Source of the DNA: Podarcis gaigeae
Lineage: Eukaryota
Direction: 5' to 3' (one strand)
DNA: 64,000 nucleotides
NCBI GenBank assembly: GCA_964106915.2
Contig: OZ066916.1
The first letter of the stretch is position 1; each line of letters begins with the position of its first letter. Shown piece after piece: positions 36,541-48,694 of the stretch. Under the pieces are notes generated by a model. The model saw nothing but the letters and a program-made list of their open reading frames with translations. It made no database searches and was not told the origin of the DNA. The translations under genes were made by a program, and so were the position numbers.

Positions 36541-37297
36541 GTCCCAACATAACTACTTGAGGATCACACGTATTCTGAAGAGTCTTGGCGAACTTGGGTA
36601 CGAGAGTTTCAAACCTCCTCTTGTAAAGTTCATTCTTCACGAAGCTCTTGTGGAAGACACCATCTCCAACATTAAGCAAAGCGCTTTGGAATATTTTGTA
36701 TATACTATTAGAGACCGGAGAGAGAGGAGGAAACTCCTGCGGTTTGCCCAGCAGCACTACACACCCTCTGACCACTTCATATGGGGGCCGCCGAGGAAGC
36801 AGAAGTTGGAAGGAAGCAAGCCGAGTAAGAAGCTGGCATCGCCGGTTTCCCTCCGCAGCGGTTACGTTTCTAAACATAAAAGTGGGAGAGAATGCAAGAA
36901 TGTGCCCGTGGTTTGTAACTCAAGCGGCAAAGCAACCAATGAAAAAAGGGCAGAACATGCTAAAAAGGATGACGATTGTGACCGGAGCAGGAAACACGCC
37001 AGCCCTGAGGTTGTTAAGCAAAGCATTGGTGAAAAGAATAGCAACGCTGATTGTCAGAACTCCATACTGGAAGAAACTGCTAATCCTTCGAACCAGAAGG
37101 AGAACGTTTGCCATCTTAAAAAACATAAAGGCAAAAATGATGAAAACCTTAATCAAGACTGCAGAAATGCAGAACCTGTAGAAAAAGATTGCCATGACTG
37201 TAAAAGCGATTCAACTAATATATCAACAGATCTGCAAGACAGTGTAGTTAAGGATAAAAACCCAGGAGGATCGAACAAAGAGGAGACTCGAGCATAG
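36541..37297 (+). CDS. OGFRL1: OGFRL1 last coding exon (end of OGFr_N domain plus K/D/E/N/S-rich disordered tail)
   Basis: Strong acceptor ttttttccccttttcacag|G; SQHNYLRITRILKSLGELGYESFK...FIWGPP; same frame as track ORF 36557..37297; TAG stop. Confidence 0.96.
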
Positions 37298-37769
37298 ACT
37301 AAAGTGTCTCAGTCAACTTGTATGAAATTGGACAAGGAAAAGAAGATCTTGACGCTGGGCCCAGTGCTTGGCCACCAAGGGGTTATGCTCTCTTTCATTT
37401 GACTCTTGTTAACTGTTTGCACTTTTCAGAACTGTGTATTAAGCTTAAAAACAACAGCAGAATCCTCAAGCCCGAGAACTCCTATGCTAAGCTTTGCTCT
37501 CTTTGTGGAAACTATTGATTTCAGTTATCCTCCCCCCCATCTTATTATAATATACATTTTTTAATCTTAGTTATTTGGCAGCTAGGGTTCCAAGGACGTC
37601 CAAGGAATGTTTTCTTAATGATAATCACTTGGTATGCTAAACTTTTCAATGTTTGCCATTGCTTGAATAACAAAAGCAGGTTCATTTAGGATGTACATTC
37701 AGCATCACCACCATCTGGAGACCCAGGTTCAAGTCCTACCTCTCCCATGTCTCTCACATTGACAGCAAC

Positions 37770-38109
37770 CGTGTAGCGCTGTGAGTTAAACCACAGAGCC
37801 TAGGGCTTGCCGATAAGAAGGTTGGTGGTTCGAATCCCCGCGACGGGGTGAGCTCCCGTTGCTCGGTCCCTGCTCCTGCCAACCTAGTTCGAAAGCACGT
37901 CAAAGTGCAAGTAGATAAATAGGTACCGCTCCGGCGGGAAGGTAAACAGTGTTTCCGTGCGCTGCTCTGGTTCGCCATAAGTGGCTTAGTCATGCTGGCC
38001 ACATGACCCAGAAGCTGTATGCCGGCTCCCTCGGCCAATAAAGCGAGATGAGTGCCGCAACCCCAGAGTCGGTCTTGACTGGACCTAATGGGTCCCTTTA
38101 CCTTTACCT
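37770..38109 (+). mobile_element. Sauria SINE in the OGFRL1 3' UTR, sense
   Basis: gcgctgtgagttaaaccacagagcc...ggttcgaatccc...ggtccctttacctttacc. Confidence 0.92.
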
Positions 38110-41100
38110 ATGTTCTCTCGGCCTCAGTTCCCCCACTGATGGCGTATACTTCTCCAGTGTTGCTGCTGAGAAGAAGAAAAAAAGCTAGCAAATCACCTTT
38201 TACATTAAAAACAACTATTAGTAAGATTTGCACACCAGCACCCCTTGTTCCAAAATACTCATATACAGTTTGTGACGGCATCTTCTCTTGGTGCCTCTTT
38301 TCCCTTCTTCCCTCCCATGCAACTGCACAAGTTTAAAAATCAGGACACAGCATTTTGCCAATGTTTATTTTGCCTGAGAGACCCACTTCTGCTGATAAAG
38401 GAGTATAAGGTCAGAAAAGGCTTAAGCACTGCCGAGACAAAGTTAATGACTGCCCACTCAGCTTCTAAAGCAGAAGCAATATTTTGAGATTGACCTTTTC
38501 TTCCTTGAAATTCTGGTGGGATTTGAAAAGTCCTCTGTGCAAAAGGGGAGATAGCAGCTTTCTTTTCTTTGTTCTTCCCCAAGTTCCCCCCAAAAATCAT
38601 GCCTACATCCTCACTTCTAGCTACTGGGGGTATGCAGGGAAGACCCAGGGAAGAAAAAATTCTTTATCGTGCACCTGATCCAGGTAACTCTTTACCCGCT
38701 TCTATGCACATGGTTGCTTATTCCCCCTCCCCAGAAAACTTAAGATTTCTTCCATCGGACGTGAGGGAGAACTCTGAAGCAGGATGGATTAAGAAGACTC
38801 TGCCAGAACCAAGGAATATGATTCTTCAACACACACAGCCTGTTCTAGTAAGGGTTAGTCCATACAAAAGACCAAACTTCTCTTTCACCCCAGATAGCTT
38901 GGACATCTTTTACTAAATAGTAAAGAGTATTTTATAGAATGATAATTGAAGGTGTCTGCTAAAATTGTTATCTGTGCAGCTTCTCAACCTCCTCAGTGGG
39001 TACCGAAAGACTGTTTTGAAGGAGGGGCTCATAATTGTAAGGGCTTCATTTCCTCTTTTGTTATCTTAAACCAACCAGAGCCTTGATGAATCCAGAGTGA
39101 AAAGTGTGCTCACAAATAGCTTTCCAGTGCATTTAAAGCAAACCTTTCCACATCTCAGTCCAGTTAGAAAGACATTTGAGGACAGAGGGCTTTTGTTTTT
39201 TAGATTTATATACTACCCTTCAAATGCCTTTTCAATAAGAAAAGTAGCTTCTTCAGAGCTTTTATGCCTCTGTGCTGGGAGACACTGGCACAACCTTCCC
39301 CATACTGGTTCCTTCCAGATGTTTGGGACAGCTACTATTAGCATCAGCACAGATATGCTGACTAGGACTGATGTGAGTTGTAGTTCAAAACAGCTGAATG
39401 GCACCAGCTTCGGAAAGGCTGCGCTAGCATATCTTTGCTGGGCTCCCCCCTCCAAATGTGTGTTTATACAGAAACAAAATATGAGCAGTACCTTTTGGTT
39501 TTAGACCTCCCTCTTACCTGGATTAATCTTACAAATGTTTCAGTGATGGCTGATCAGTGGTACTACTGCAGGCTTGGAAGTGGGGATGGGACTTGTACTG
39601 GAATGTTGGTGCCGATGCCAGATTTTCTTTCAAAGCTGGTAGCTTCACATCCACAAAGAGTACAGCTATGAGTTTATTCCGGTTTATCCTGTAAAAAGTA
39701 TGTATAAAATTCCAGTTTTGTCCTTGGATTTACTGTTCAGCAGATGCCTCCTGGCATTTGGAACGAGGGTGAGACTGGCACCAATTCTGTGATGTTGGAG
39801 ACTGTTATTTGAGGAGGCATTCATGAAATGTGTACCACACCAATCACCCTTTCTGCAACCCCCTTTGAAATTAAAAACACCTTCTTACTTAAATGTTCTT
39901 AGTGTTCCTTCATGATGCAGGATTCTCTATGTATAAAATAGCATCCCTCTTATCCATCCTTCAGGTTAATCCTGCGTGAGGTAGTGACTCACAAGAGAAC
40001 AAGTGAGCCCATGATAGAGATACCAGTGCACAGAAGATATTATTTAATAAAGCAGATATATAAGGTTTAGCCAGGAAGTGATGCAATCCTATATTCAACC
40101 TGTGCCAAGACCATTTCATCCGGTTGCTTGTTTGTTTCCAGACTTTGTTTACCTATTTGTTTCCAAGATTTTTTTAAAATCTTTCAAGTTCTATGTGGCC
40201 ATATACTTGTTACCTTCTCCCGTTTTGTACACACAAACCAGGCAAGATTAGATGAGTGCAACTGGCACTGCTCATGGTTCTAGCACTGCGACAGATGGGA
40301 TCGGGCCCTTTTATAATGATAGGTGTAAACTTTCGGACCTCTCTGAGTATGTTAGGAAATTGCCATTTTTCATTGGGTGTCTGTTTTTTTCTTCAAAACG
40401 AAACAGGGTAAAACCATTTTTCACCAGTGAGCGTTTGGATGGTTTTATTTTATTGGCTGGGTCTGGAGGTTGGGGTGGGGGTTGGGAGTGCAAACTGTTT
40501 TCGATTGATATTTAAGTGGCTTTATTATTCTGTTGCTTGTTTGCTGTAAACTGCTTTGATATTATAGAGAAGCAATCTACAAATGTTCTAAATGAAACAT
40601 GCAAGAGAACCGTGTTTTGTTTATATCAAATTTGCATTAATTGGCTTGAGAGCAAAGAATTCTACACACCAAGAGGTGTAGTAGTACAACAGGGGGGCTG
40701 GTTCGCCTGTTGTTGCAGTGCCAACAGCAAGATCCAGCTGTGCTGTATAAAAACAGGAAGTGCTTCTGCGTATCCATTATGTGGGGCAGCCCTTGCACCT
40801 CAGCCCTTGAGGTCCTACTTTGATGGGCCATTGGACCCTTGTGGGAGGAGTCAGAGATCGGGAAACTCAGCAAAGACTAGTACTCTACAAGGTGCAAGGG
40901 CTGCTGCATACCTAGCCACAAAAAATAACTAAAGAGTCTACAAATGAGATTCAAAGAGCCTTGTGGACCCTCCCTGACCCCACCAAATTGCACTGGGGCT
41001 TCTCAGTTTCTCCCTGGTGACTATGTGCACACCCAAGTTTCAGTTTCTTAGTTTTTGTTTTTGTCTGATGCTTCAGTATATAAATCCTCCCCTGGACCCT

Positions 41101-41308
41101 TCAGTATGTAATGAATTACCTTAGGACAAAGTGTGTTTATCTTCACAACTTTTCTTTAAAAAACAAAACCTTATGGTATTTGTAAGCATTATATGCTGCT
41201 GTTTTAGTAGGAAATGTGTTCTGTTCACATGGTAGAAGTAGGTGGAATGTTTTATTTATTTTTAGTCCAAGAAGTGCTTTAATTTGTAATTCTCATTTTG
41301 TGTGTGTA

Positions 41309-41314
41309 AATAAA
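41309..41314 (+). terminator. Candidate polyadenylation signal AATAAA
   Basis: tgtgtaAATAAAactgtttcaca with upstream TGTA/U-rich elements and downstream ttcttcttc...ttttttttt. Confidence 0.55.
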
Positions 41315-42699
41315 ACTGTTTCACAACTTTAGGAATGCTGCTGCTTCTTCTTCTTCTATAGTTTTTTTTTTACTCCTGCATCACAGAGCACACCAAAATC
41401 GTCAAACATACTCAATACATTTGCAACATTTTGGGCAGTGTTCCTAATCACATAAGAGAGAAAGCCCCATTGAATACAGGGGTAGCAGTGTAAATTGGAG
41501 TACAGATACAAAAGAGGCTGCTGTTAATAGTAAGGAATGCAGGCTGCAGGAAGTAACTGCATGTACCATCCTTAGCTAGCTCAAAGACTCTTAATTTTGC
41601 AAACTAGTAAAATCCAATGTTGTTCATGTTGAACATAATTTAAAACGGCTATGTAATTAATATTCTTGCTTGTTTTTCTAATTGAATTTTTACTTTTCTG
41701 TACTTTGATTTGTTGGGCTAGTAGTGTGTTAATAACTTATGCAGTACATTCTTTTCTCTTGAGTTCTTCCTTACGTATTAATGAACCTGACCTTCCCAAT
41801 TTAAAAGTGTAATATAATATTGTGTAATAATACATGGCATGATGTCAATGTGACCAGGCCTTCTTTCTGTTTGTATAAACAAAGTGACACCAGAGTTAAT
41901 TAAGGGGTGTGTTTTTTTTGCACATTGAGGATAGAGAAGTCAATTGCATCTGATATTTTGCATAGCTTCCTTACACTCCAAATCATTATTCCAAATGGAT
42001 TTATAAGGGGTTTTATTACACAGCTTTCCAGACTTTGGTTTGATGTCAGTTCCACAGGAGGGTGGTTGAAACTGCACAAAGCATGAAGATACCTTTCTGT
42101 ACATGCACATTCTAGTTTTGTATTCGACACTGCATCTCTAATTTTCAAAGGATAGAGAAACTGCAGTATAATTTGCAGAGACAGACTTCCTTCCCTGATC
42201 TTGAATTCAACAGTGGGTCAGTATGTGAAGTTCACAACTTTTTAAAACAACAACACATTTTGCATAATTAGATGCACATATACCCAGTACAGCATTTAAC
42301 AAACAAGGCAGCTTGCAATATCTAATTACCCGAGAGAGGAATCTGTATTTGCAGTTTGCAGAAATTTATATACGGACACTTACCGGACTTAGGATTTCAT
42401 TTCCATGACTGCTGTGATGGAAGTGTCTATAACCTTAAGGGTTCCAGCTATCGGGTATTCCAGCCTTCATGCACTGGGCAGGCTTCTCTTCCACAGACAT
42501 GACACATAGCATGGATAGCCTTGTTCTCTCCATGCAGTGCTAATTGAATGGAGTAATGATGACTGACTGCAGTAGGTAACTTCATGTCTGACAACCAACC
42601 TTCATACTACTCATCTTCAGGACATATCTCATATTATCACCTACTTAACAACCCATATATATTCAGGGCAAAATAAACACCAATGCCAGTGTTATCTGT

Positions 42700-43320
42700 C
42701 TTAGGTGGTAGTCCCTAAAGTTGAGGAAGCCAACACCAATCAACCACACCAGACCCAAACCCAGACCCTCTCCACAGATGAATTACTGACACCATCCAGT
42801 AGCCAATCCATGGTGGCACCTCCGGATGCTGCACCCCCCTGCAATCCCTACACAGATCTGGCTGACACAAGCCACAAAACCACAGCTCGCCCCTATACAC
42901 GAAGCCAAGCCAAAGCACAACTAAGTGCAATACAGCCATCTTCTCAGGAAAACTCTTCACAAAGTTCAAGAGGTCAAGACACAAAGACTTTAGCAACTAA
43001 TCCACACCTAATGACCCACCTAAGTGGTACTCAGGATATCACTCAAGAAATCACTCAAGGTATCTCTCAAGTAATTAAGGAACAAAAGAAGAAAAGGCAC
43101 ACTAGCCTGGGAACTTCCTCTCTGCCCAGAACATTGGAGGCTAGACACCACACCCCCTCTACAGTATTTATAGGAACTCAAACATTGAGATCCCGCTCTG
43201 TTCCAGTAACAAGAAGCCGAAAGCACCAGCCTGAAGATGACGAGTGAGACCTCGTCGAAACGTCGCCTAGACACCCCAACTTTTACACGGGAAGACACCC
43301 GAGGACACCAAAACCTGCAT
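42700..43320 (+). mobile_element. Penelope-like element 3' end / pseudo-LTR followed by (AT)n
   Basis: A/C-rich low-complexity open frame (42705-43247), TATA-like tatttatagg, CTGAAGA-stem-GAAACGTC hammerhead motif, short tail, then (AT)n at 43319-43344. The left boundary is approximate. Confidence 0.7.
43226..43270 (+). ncRNA. Minimal type-I hammerhead ribozyme motif (PLE-associated)
   Basis: CTGAAGA (43231-37), extra T, stem II GACGAG/CTCGTC with loop TGAGAC, GAAA (43257-60), CGTC; predicted cleavage after C43264; stem I short and imperfect. Confidence 0.65.
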
Positions 43321-45498
43321 ATATATATATATATATATATATATTGTGCGGTTAGATAAATCTATGTCAAGTATGTATGTGTGTTTCTGTATGTATCTTT
43401 GAAAAAAAATGAAGAAGTTAGCTTAATGCTCTGGGAACTAAATTATTTCTGAACAGTTTTGAATAAGCATAGTAGAAACCATTATTTTGTGTTTCATAAC
43501 TCAGAGCGCATCTAAAGAAAAAGAAATACAAGAAAGCACTAGGAAATTAATTTTAATTACATGGAAGACAGCGGCCCTGCTCTTGCACAGCAGCAAACCG
43601 TGCACGTGCTGATTGTGGATGGGGATCACTCTTCCCCTGCCAAACAAATGATTGGCAGCTATCAGAACTGGTGGCACCAATACACACTTCCATTTGTGCC
43701 ATACCTAGAAAGCATGGGTCCAAGGGGTCTTCTGCTTGAGCCACGATTTGTACGCATGGGTCTGAGCGTTTTTCACCTTGCCCTGCTCCTTTCCAAGGGG
43801 AAATCCGCCCTTTAGAGGCAGATCAGAACAAATGGCAGTTGAGGGGAAAATGAATTTCTATCTTCTCTAATTGAACGCTAAAGAGTGTTTTCCCTGAAAG
43901 CAGCGGAACAAAAGGAAGTGTGGATAAACCCTGAATAGAGAAGCACATGGGTAGGCAGCCTGCATCATGTACAAACCATTAGATAGTCTATTTGGTAGTA
44001 TGTATGTGGTGCAGGTTTGTTGCACATGTTCTATAGTCTATTGGATGAGGAAATACCACCACCACCTGGGAACTTGCAGCAGCCTCCTGCATATGTGTGG
44101 TGGGCAGACGTGGGCAAAGAAATCTGTTCCTGCACACTAATCACTGAGAAACATTTAATCACAAGCCAGTATTTCTATAGTTGCATTTTTAGCATCATGT
44201 ACACTGAGTGTGGTGAAAGGGCAGTGGGACAGTCAAGAGTTTTTACCCCACAAGGCCTCCGTAGGAAAAGCACCCCAACAAACCCTTTCACACAAGGAAT
44301 ACTCAAAGAGGGCAGGTATTCTGAAAATTCAGCAACAGATGGGTAGATAAGCCTTGGAAAGAACTAAAGTGTGTTTTTCTTAATCAAATTTTTCTTTAAA
44401 CATATTTAGTGTGGGGGGACATTATTTGCAATTTGAAAACATCAGTGTCATGTCAGATGGGTGGGCTGTGCTGAACTTGGTGTTCTTTTGCAATATGAAA
44501 TGGAAGGATTCTGGGCACACTTGTTAGAACCATTTACCATATGCACGTGGTGGAAGTCGTAACCAGTTTCTGGATTTGAAAGGTATTGTAAAAGATATGT
44601 TTCTATGATTGCATGGAAGTCTTCTGCCAAATGACATAAATGAATTATTACAAAGCAATGGTTTATGAAGTAAAATATGAAAAACTTTTCAAGTGGCAAC
44701 TCTAGTGTGCACCAAGGTTTCTAATAAAGCTTGTTTTGCATTAACTATGTTTACAGCAATGCAGTAGATGTTCAAGCAATGCAGATGTGTAGTACTGGAC
44801 TTCTGCAGTTCATTTCCAAAGCTGCTTTTGAGGAAATGGGACTAAACTGGCAGAATAAATACAGCTGGGATAAACGATTGAGCTTATTCTTTAATAAGAG
44901 GAGAAGAGTTTGAAGAAATGTAATAAAAAGACATAACTTGGAATCTACAATTGGGATGTTGGCTGTACTTTTTGCAGCTGATCAGAGAAGCAAGTGGGGT
45001 TTTCCTTGTTCCTCTTGGGAGAACATTATAGTAAAACCACTGGAATTTCCTACTCAACGTGCTAAAATTAGCCAGCAGTCCTCTCTTCAGCTCTTATACT
45101 GAATATTCCCTTGACCAGCTGGAATGCCAAAGTGTGAAGAATGGGCGAGGGACGGGACTGCCTGCTACAATAGATATATGCATTTGCTTTTTACTCAGAA
45201 GTGTCAAGTGTTTTTAAACTGCATTCTTTTTGACATGCCACAGCTATTTTCAACTGTATTAGCAAAGTAAGTGAATTCTGGTAAATTCTGGCTGCACAAA
45301 GGTTTGTTTGTTTTTAATCCTTTTCACCTGCAACAATTAACATTCCCCTCACCTTGGCTAGAGTGCAAATCTCAGAAGTCCCCTATTTTGCTGCATGCTA
45401 CTGTTAGGTGAACATTTCATCTCCCCTCTTCTTTTAAAGCAGACCTTTTAAGTGACTGAATGGTCTGAGTTTTTCCCAACTTTTTCCCCTGCACGAGT

Positions 45499-45499
45499 A

Positions 45500-45556
<57 letters not shown>
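45499..45556. repeat. (ATT)n microsatellite
   Basis: Direct reading. Confidence 0.95.
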
Positions 45557-45557
<1 letters not shown>

Positions 45558-46193
45558 CTGTATGACTGACAAAACTTGTGATGTTGAGAAACTCCCAGCA
45601 TGGAGGTACAGAAGTAGAAAGCTCTTTACTTCCTATGTAAATAATAATAGTAGGGACTTTCTGGGTAAGACCAAATATCAGGTGTAGCGCAAGCATGTTT
45701 ATTCCATTGCCTTCAACTGTGTTTACTTCCTAGTAAGTGTGCAGAGGATGTTGCCCTAATCTAGCATTCTGTTGACAACAAGATGCCTCTGGGGAAAATC
45801 ACAGGTGAGACATGAAGGCCATAGCCATCTACTGGTGTTCAGCTGTAGCCTCTGCTTCCAGTTTCTAATGCCTTGCTCTCTGCTGAATGGTGTGAAATTA
45901 AACTCAGTTGAAGAATGTGGATGATCTAAGCTTGAATCAGTGATTTCCTCTTAGTAGGCAATGAAAGACATATATGCCTGGGTGCTTGGTTCAGCACCTA
46001 ACCTATCCGCTCGTGTCAAAGTCCTTCAGCCTGTGACAGTTCTGTAAGTTAAAGAGAGAGCTTGCTCAGTACCAAGATAATAAAGGGTGACAGGTAAAGG
46101 TCTCCTTTTTTCTTTTTCTGCATAACGGAAAAACCTTTATGCCAAAAAATCTTAATATCTGCCGGTTTTAGAAACCGTCAGTAACCCAACATC

Positions 46194-46692
46194 TGTCAGA
46201 GATCAGGCTGGGGAGTACTACTCTGGTGAGGAGTGGTGGGCGTCCCCCTCTCCCCCTGATCCTGGGGCTCCACAGGAGCAAGAGAGTAGTATTGACCTGG
46301 AACAATGGTTTGCTGAGGGACACTGTTCAGAGGACAGGAGTTGGGCAGAATTGGGAGGTGAACAACAAGAAGAGGCAGAACGGGAGGAGAGAGAGTTAAC
46401 CGATTCTCCCTCACTGGAAGGTATACAGCCTCTTAGTCCCAGGGCTAGGAGATTGGATAAGGTAACTTCACAGAAGGCTAATTGGTTGAGAGATGGGGTA
46501 AATAGGAGACGAAGATGGAAGTGACTAGAGGGAAGTGGGAGAAACTTAACTGGGAGCACCTGCACTGCAAGAATGGTCTTTTGTTCTTTTGCTGCGTTCA
46601 TTAAACATTTCTGTTGCTGGTAAGAGACTGCTTTATCTTGCACTGCTTATCTATGGTCAAAGTGAGAAGGAAGCTGGCCCTGAAGCCTGACG
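46194..46692 (+). mobile_element. Probable older solo LTR
   Basis: TGTCAG ... CTGACG termini (CA mutated), purine-rich body like 20227-20660, ATTAAA at ~46600; TSD degenerate (acatc/atacc). Confidence 0.5.
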
Positions 46693-47034
46693 ATACCTCT
46701 TCGAAAAGGCTGTTTATAACATTCTAACTTTGCAGCTGATGCTAACATGAAACATGCAATTTATCCATTGAGTAGATACACTTAGAAGAAATGTTTTCCT
46801 CGTAGCCTCTGCCTCACCTCGTAAATATCTACTATTTTACTGCCATTAATAACATCCTAGAACGCAAGAGGGACCAACCAGATGAAGTACAGAAGCTACA
46901 AAAGACACAGAAAATCTGATATTAAAAATGTTTTCGTAGAAGGAAGTCCCATTTGGACCTAAGGAGCTTGCTTCCATGTTAAGTTTGCTCAGAACTGCAG
47001 CTTTACTTGTTCTTACACCCGATATATAAATCCC

Positions 47035-47206
47035 GTGGCTCAGTGGCAGAGCAGCTGCTTTGCACGCACAAGGTCCTGGGTTCAGTTCCCCAGCATATCC
47101 AGACCAGGGATGGGAATGTACCCTACCTTGGAGAGCCATAGCCAGTCAATATAGGCATGACTGAGCTAGATAGACCAATGTCTGATTTAGTGTAAGGGAG
47201 CTTTCC
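47035..47206 (+). mobile_element. tRNA-derived squamate SINE (Squam3-like)
   Basis: A box gtggctcagtgg, B box gggttcagttcc, tail ctgagctagatagaccaatg.ctgat..agtgtaagg.agct. Confidence 0.75.
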
Positions 47207-47464
47207 ACACAGGATCAGCAGAGCACCTTATCTGCAGTGAGATGTGGGCACCACATTCTTTTTAATGGCTGCAACATCACCATCCTACAAACTACTGGTA
47301 CTCCATGAGGATGCTTAGCCTGAGATCTGCCCCGTTTCTCACAGACAACCTTTTCAAGTAGTTGAGAGAGCTATAAGCAATAGTATAGGTCTCAAACTGC
47401 CCAGCCTTTATATAAGGCTTCTTCTGTGCTTATATATACAGTAGACAGTAGACAGACAGTAGAC

Positions 47465-47467
<3 letters not shown>

Positions 47468-47501
<34 letters not shown>
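47468..47501. repeat. (AC)n microsatellite preceded by (agacagt)n
   Basis: Direct reading. Confidence 0.9.
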
Positions 47502-47503
<2 letters not shown>

Positions 47504-48420
47504 CTCTCAACTGGTTTATAGCTAAAACCACATTACAAATATACAATTAATGCAAGAGTAAAAATGCAATAAAATATTGTTAATAAGATAATATGTCCTA
47601 GAGAGGTTGACTTCGTTCCCTTAGACTGGAAAGCCTCAAAGGCGGGTCTGTCTGTTCCTCCTACACATACAATGGTGTTGCAGGGTGATTGCTAATTTCC
47701 TCATATTACTTTCTTCCCCATCCACCCACAAAGCAAGGCCCATTGAATGTTGTGAGATATATACTCAAACCTAAGAATACTTGCTCAAAATATCATTATT
47801 GCCTCTCCTCTACCCTCAATGTGTGGAAAAATGTCCTTATACTGATGTATACCATCCCACTTAATTCAGGAACTCTTTTTAAGTGTGCTTACTAGGTAGA
47901 ATCACACACACAGCACTTTTGGGTTGTTTCATCCTTTTAAAGCTAAAATGCTCAATCTGTTGTCTTTGATGACTGCCAGGTTTTAGTAAATATTTTCCTC
48001 TACTTAGCATTTGACAAGTATACTTGGGAACATTCTAAATATATTTGAAGTCCGGCACAACTTCTGTTTGTTAAAATGATTAAAAGCTGCAGACAAATGT
48101 AGGAATGGCTCCCATCAGCACTTCCAGAACAATTCTGCCCACTTCAAAACAGACGGTGGAGATGAATGTTTTAATCAGCAGAATTTCACTCAAAACACAA
48201 TATAATTAGGGAAAGCAGGTTTTGGCCGACATATTGCAAGGTGTCCAATCAATGCATCAGTGAGAGAGTGCTCTCTCCCTACTCCAGTTTCCATGTTTCT
48301 CTTTCCCACCTGATCCTAACCCTCACACACTGTTTACCTTTTTCCGCCTGCCTGAGCTCCCACTTCCTTCTACTGGACCTTATCCCAAACATTGTTTCCT
48401 TCTCCTTTATACTGTCCTCC

Positions 48421-48603
48421 ACAGGAAAACAGGACACTGCCTTATCAGTGTGTCAGACCATTGATCCATCTAACTCTTCAGGCTGGCAGTGGATCTTCAG
48501 GGTTTCAGAGAGAAGCCCTTCTCAAAGCCCTACCTGGAGATGCCAGAGATTGAATCTGGAACCTTCTGCATGCAGAGCAGATGGCCTGTCACTGAGCTGC
48601 AGT
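48421..48603 (-). mobile_element. tRNA-derived squamate SINE (Squam3-like)
   Basis: Reverse complement of the 47035 family; ends ...accttctgcatgcagagcagatg...cactgagct. Confidence 0.75.
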
Positions 48604-48694
48604 CCTTTTCCAATGACAGTAGGGGCAAGGTTTCCTGGCCACAAGCATAATACAGCATCAGATGGACTACTTATCTATACATGATAAGCTATTT

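Larger units (their letters stand above)
26669..37297 (+). other. OGFRL1: OGFRL1 gene span (start codon to stop), 7 coding exons, CDS 1614 nt = 537 aa (538 aa with proximal NAGNAG acceptor)
   Basis: Exons join in frame through canonical GT-AG introns (phases 0,0,1,2,0,2). The translation MGSLLSGVSFKEPTTVEDCDSTWETDSEPE...KRSFYAARDLYKYRHQYP-NFKDLRYQNDLCNLRFYKNKIPFKPDGVYIEEVLNKWKGDYEKLEHNHTYIQWLFPLREQGLNFYAKELTTYEIEEFKK...SQHNYLRITRILKSLGELG matches the recalled vertebrate OGFRL1 N-terminus and OGFr_N domain. Confidence 0.97.
37298..41335 (+). other. Probable OGFRL1 3' UTR
   Basis: Follows the stop codon; U-rich distal segment with several TGTA motifs ends at AATAAA 41309-41314, followed by a T-rich tract. 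The end point is inferred. Confidence 0.55.

Noticed and set aside
36437-37195. Antisense and alternate-frame ORFs over the last exon (146, 177 and 91 aa) and over exon 6 (128 aa)
   Set aside because: Shadow frames of the real CDS with no independent start or splice support and no recognisable domain.
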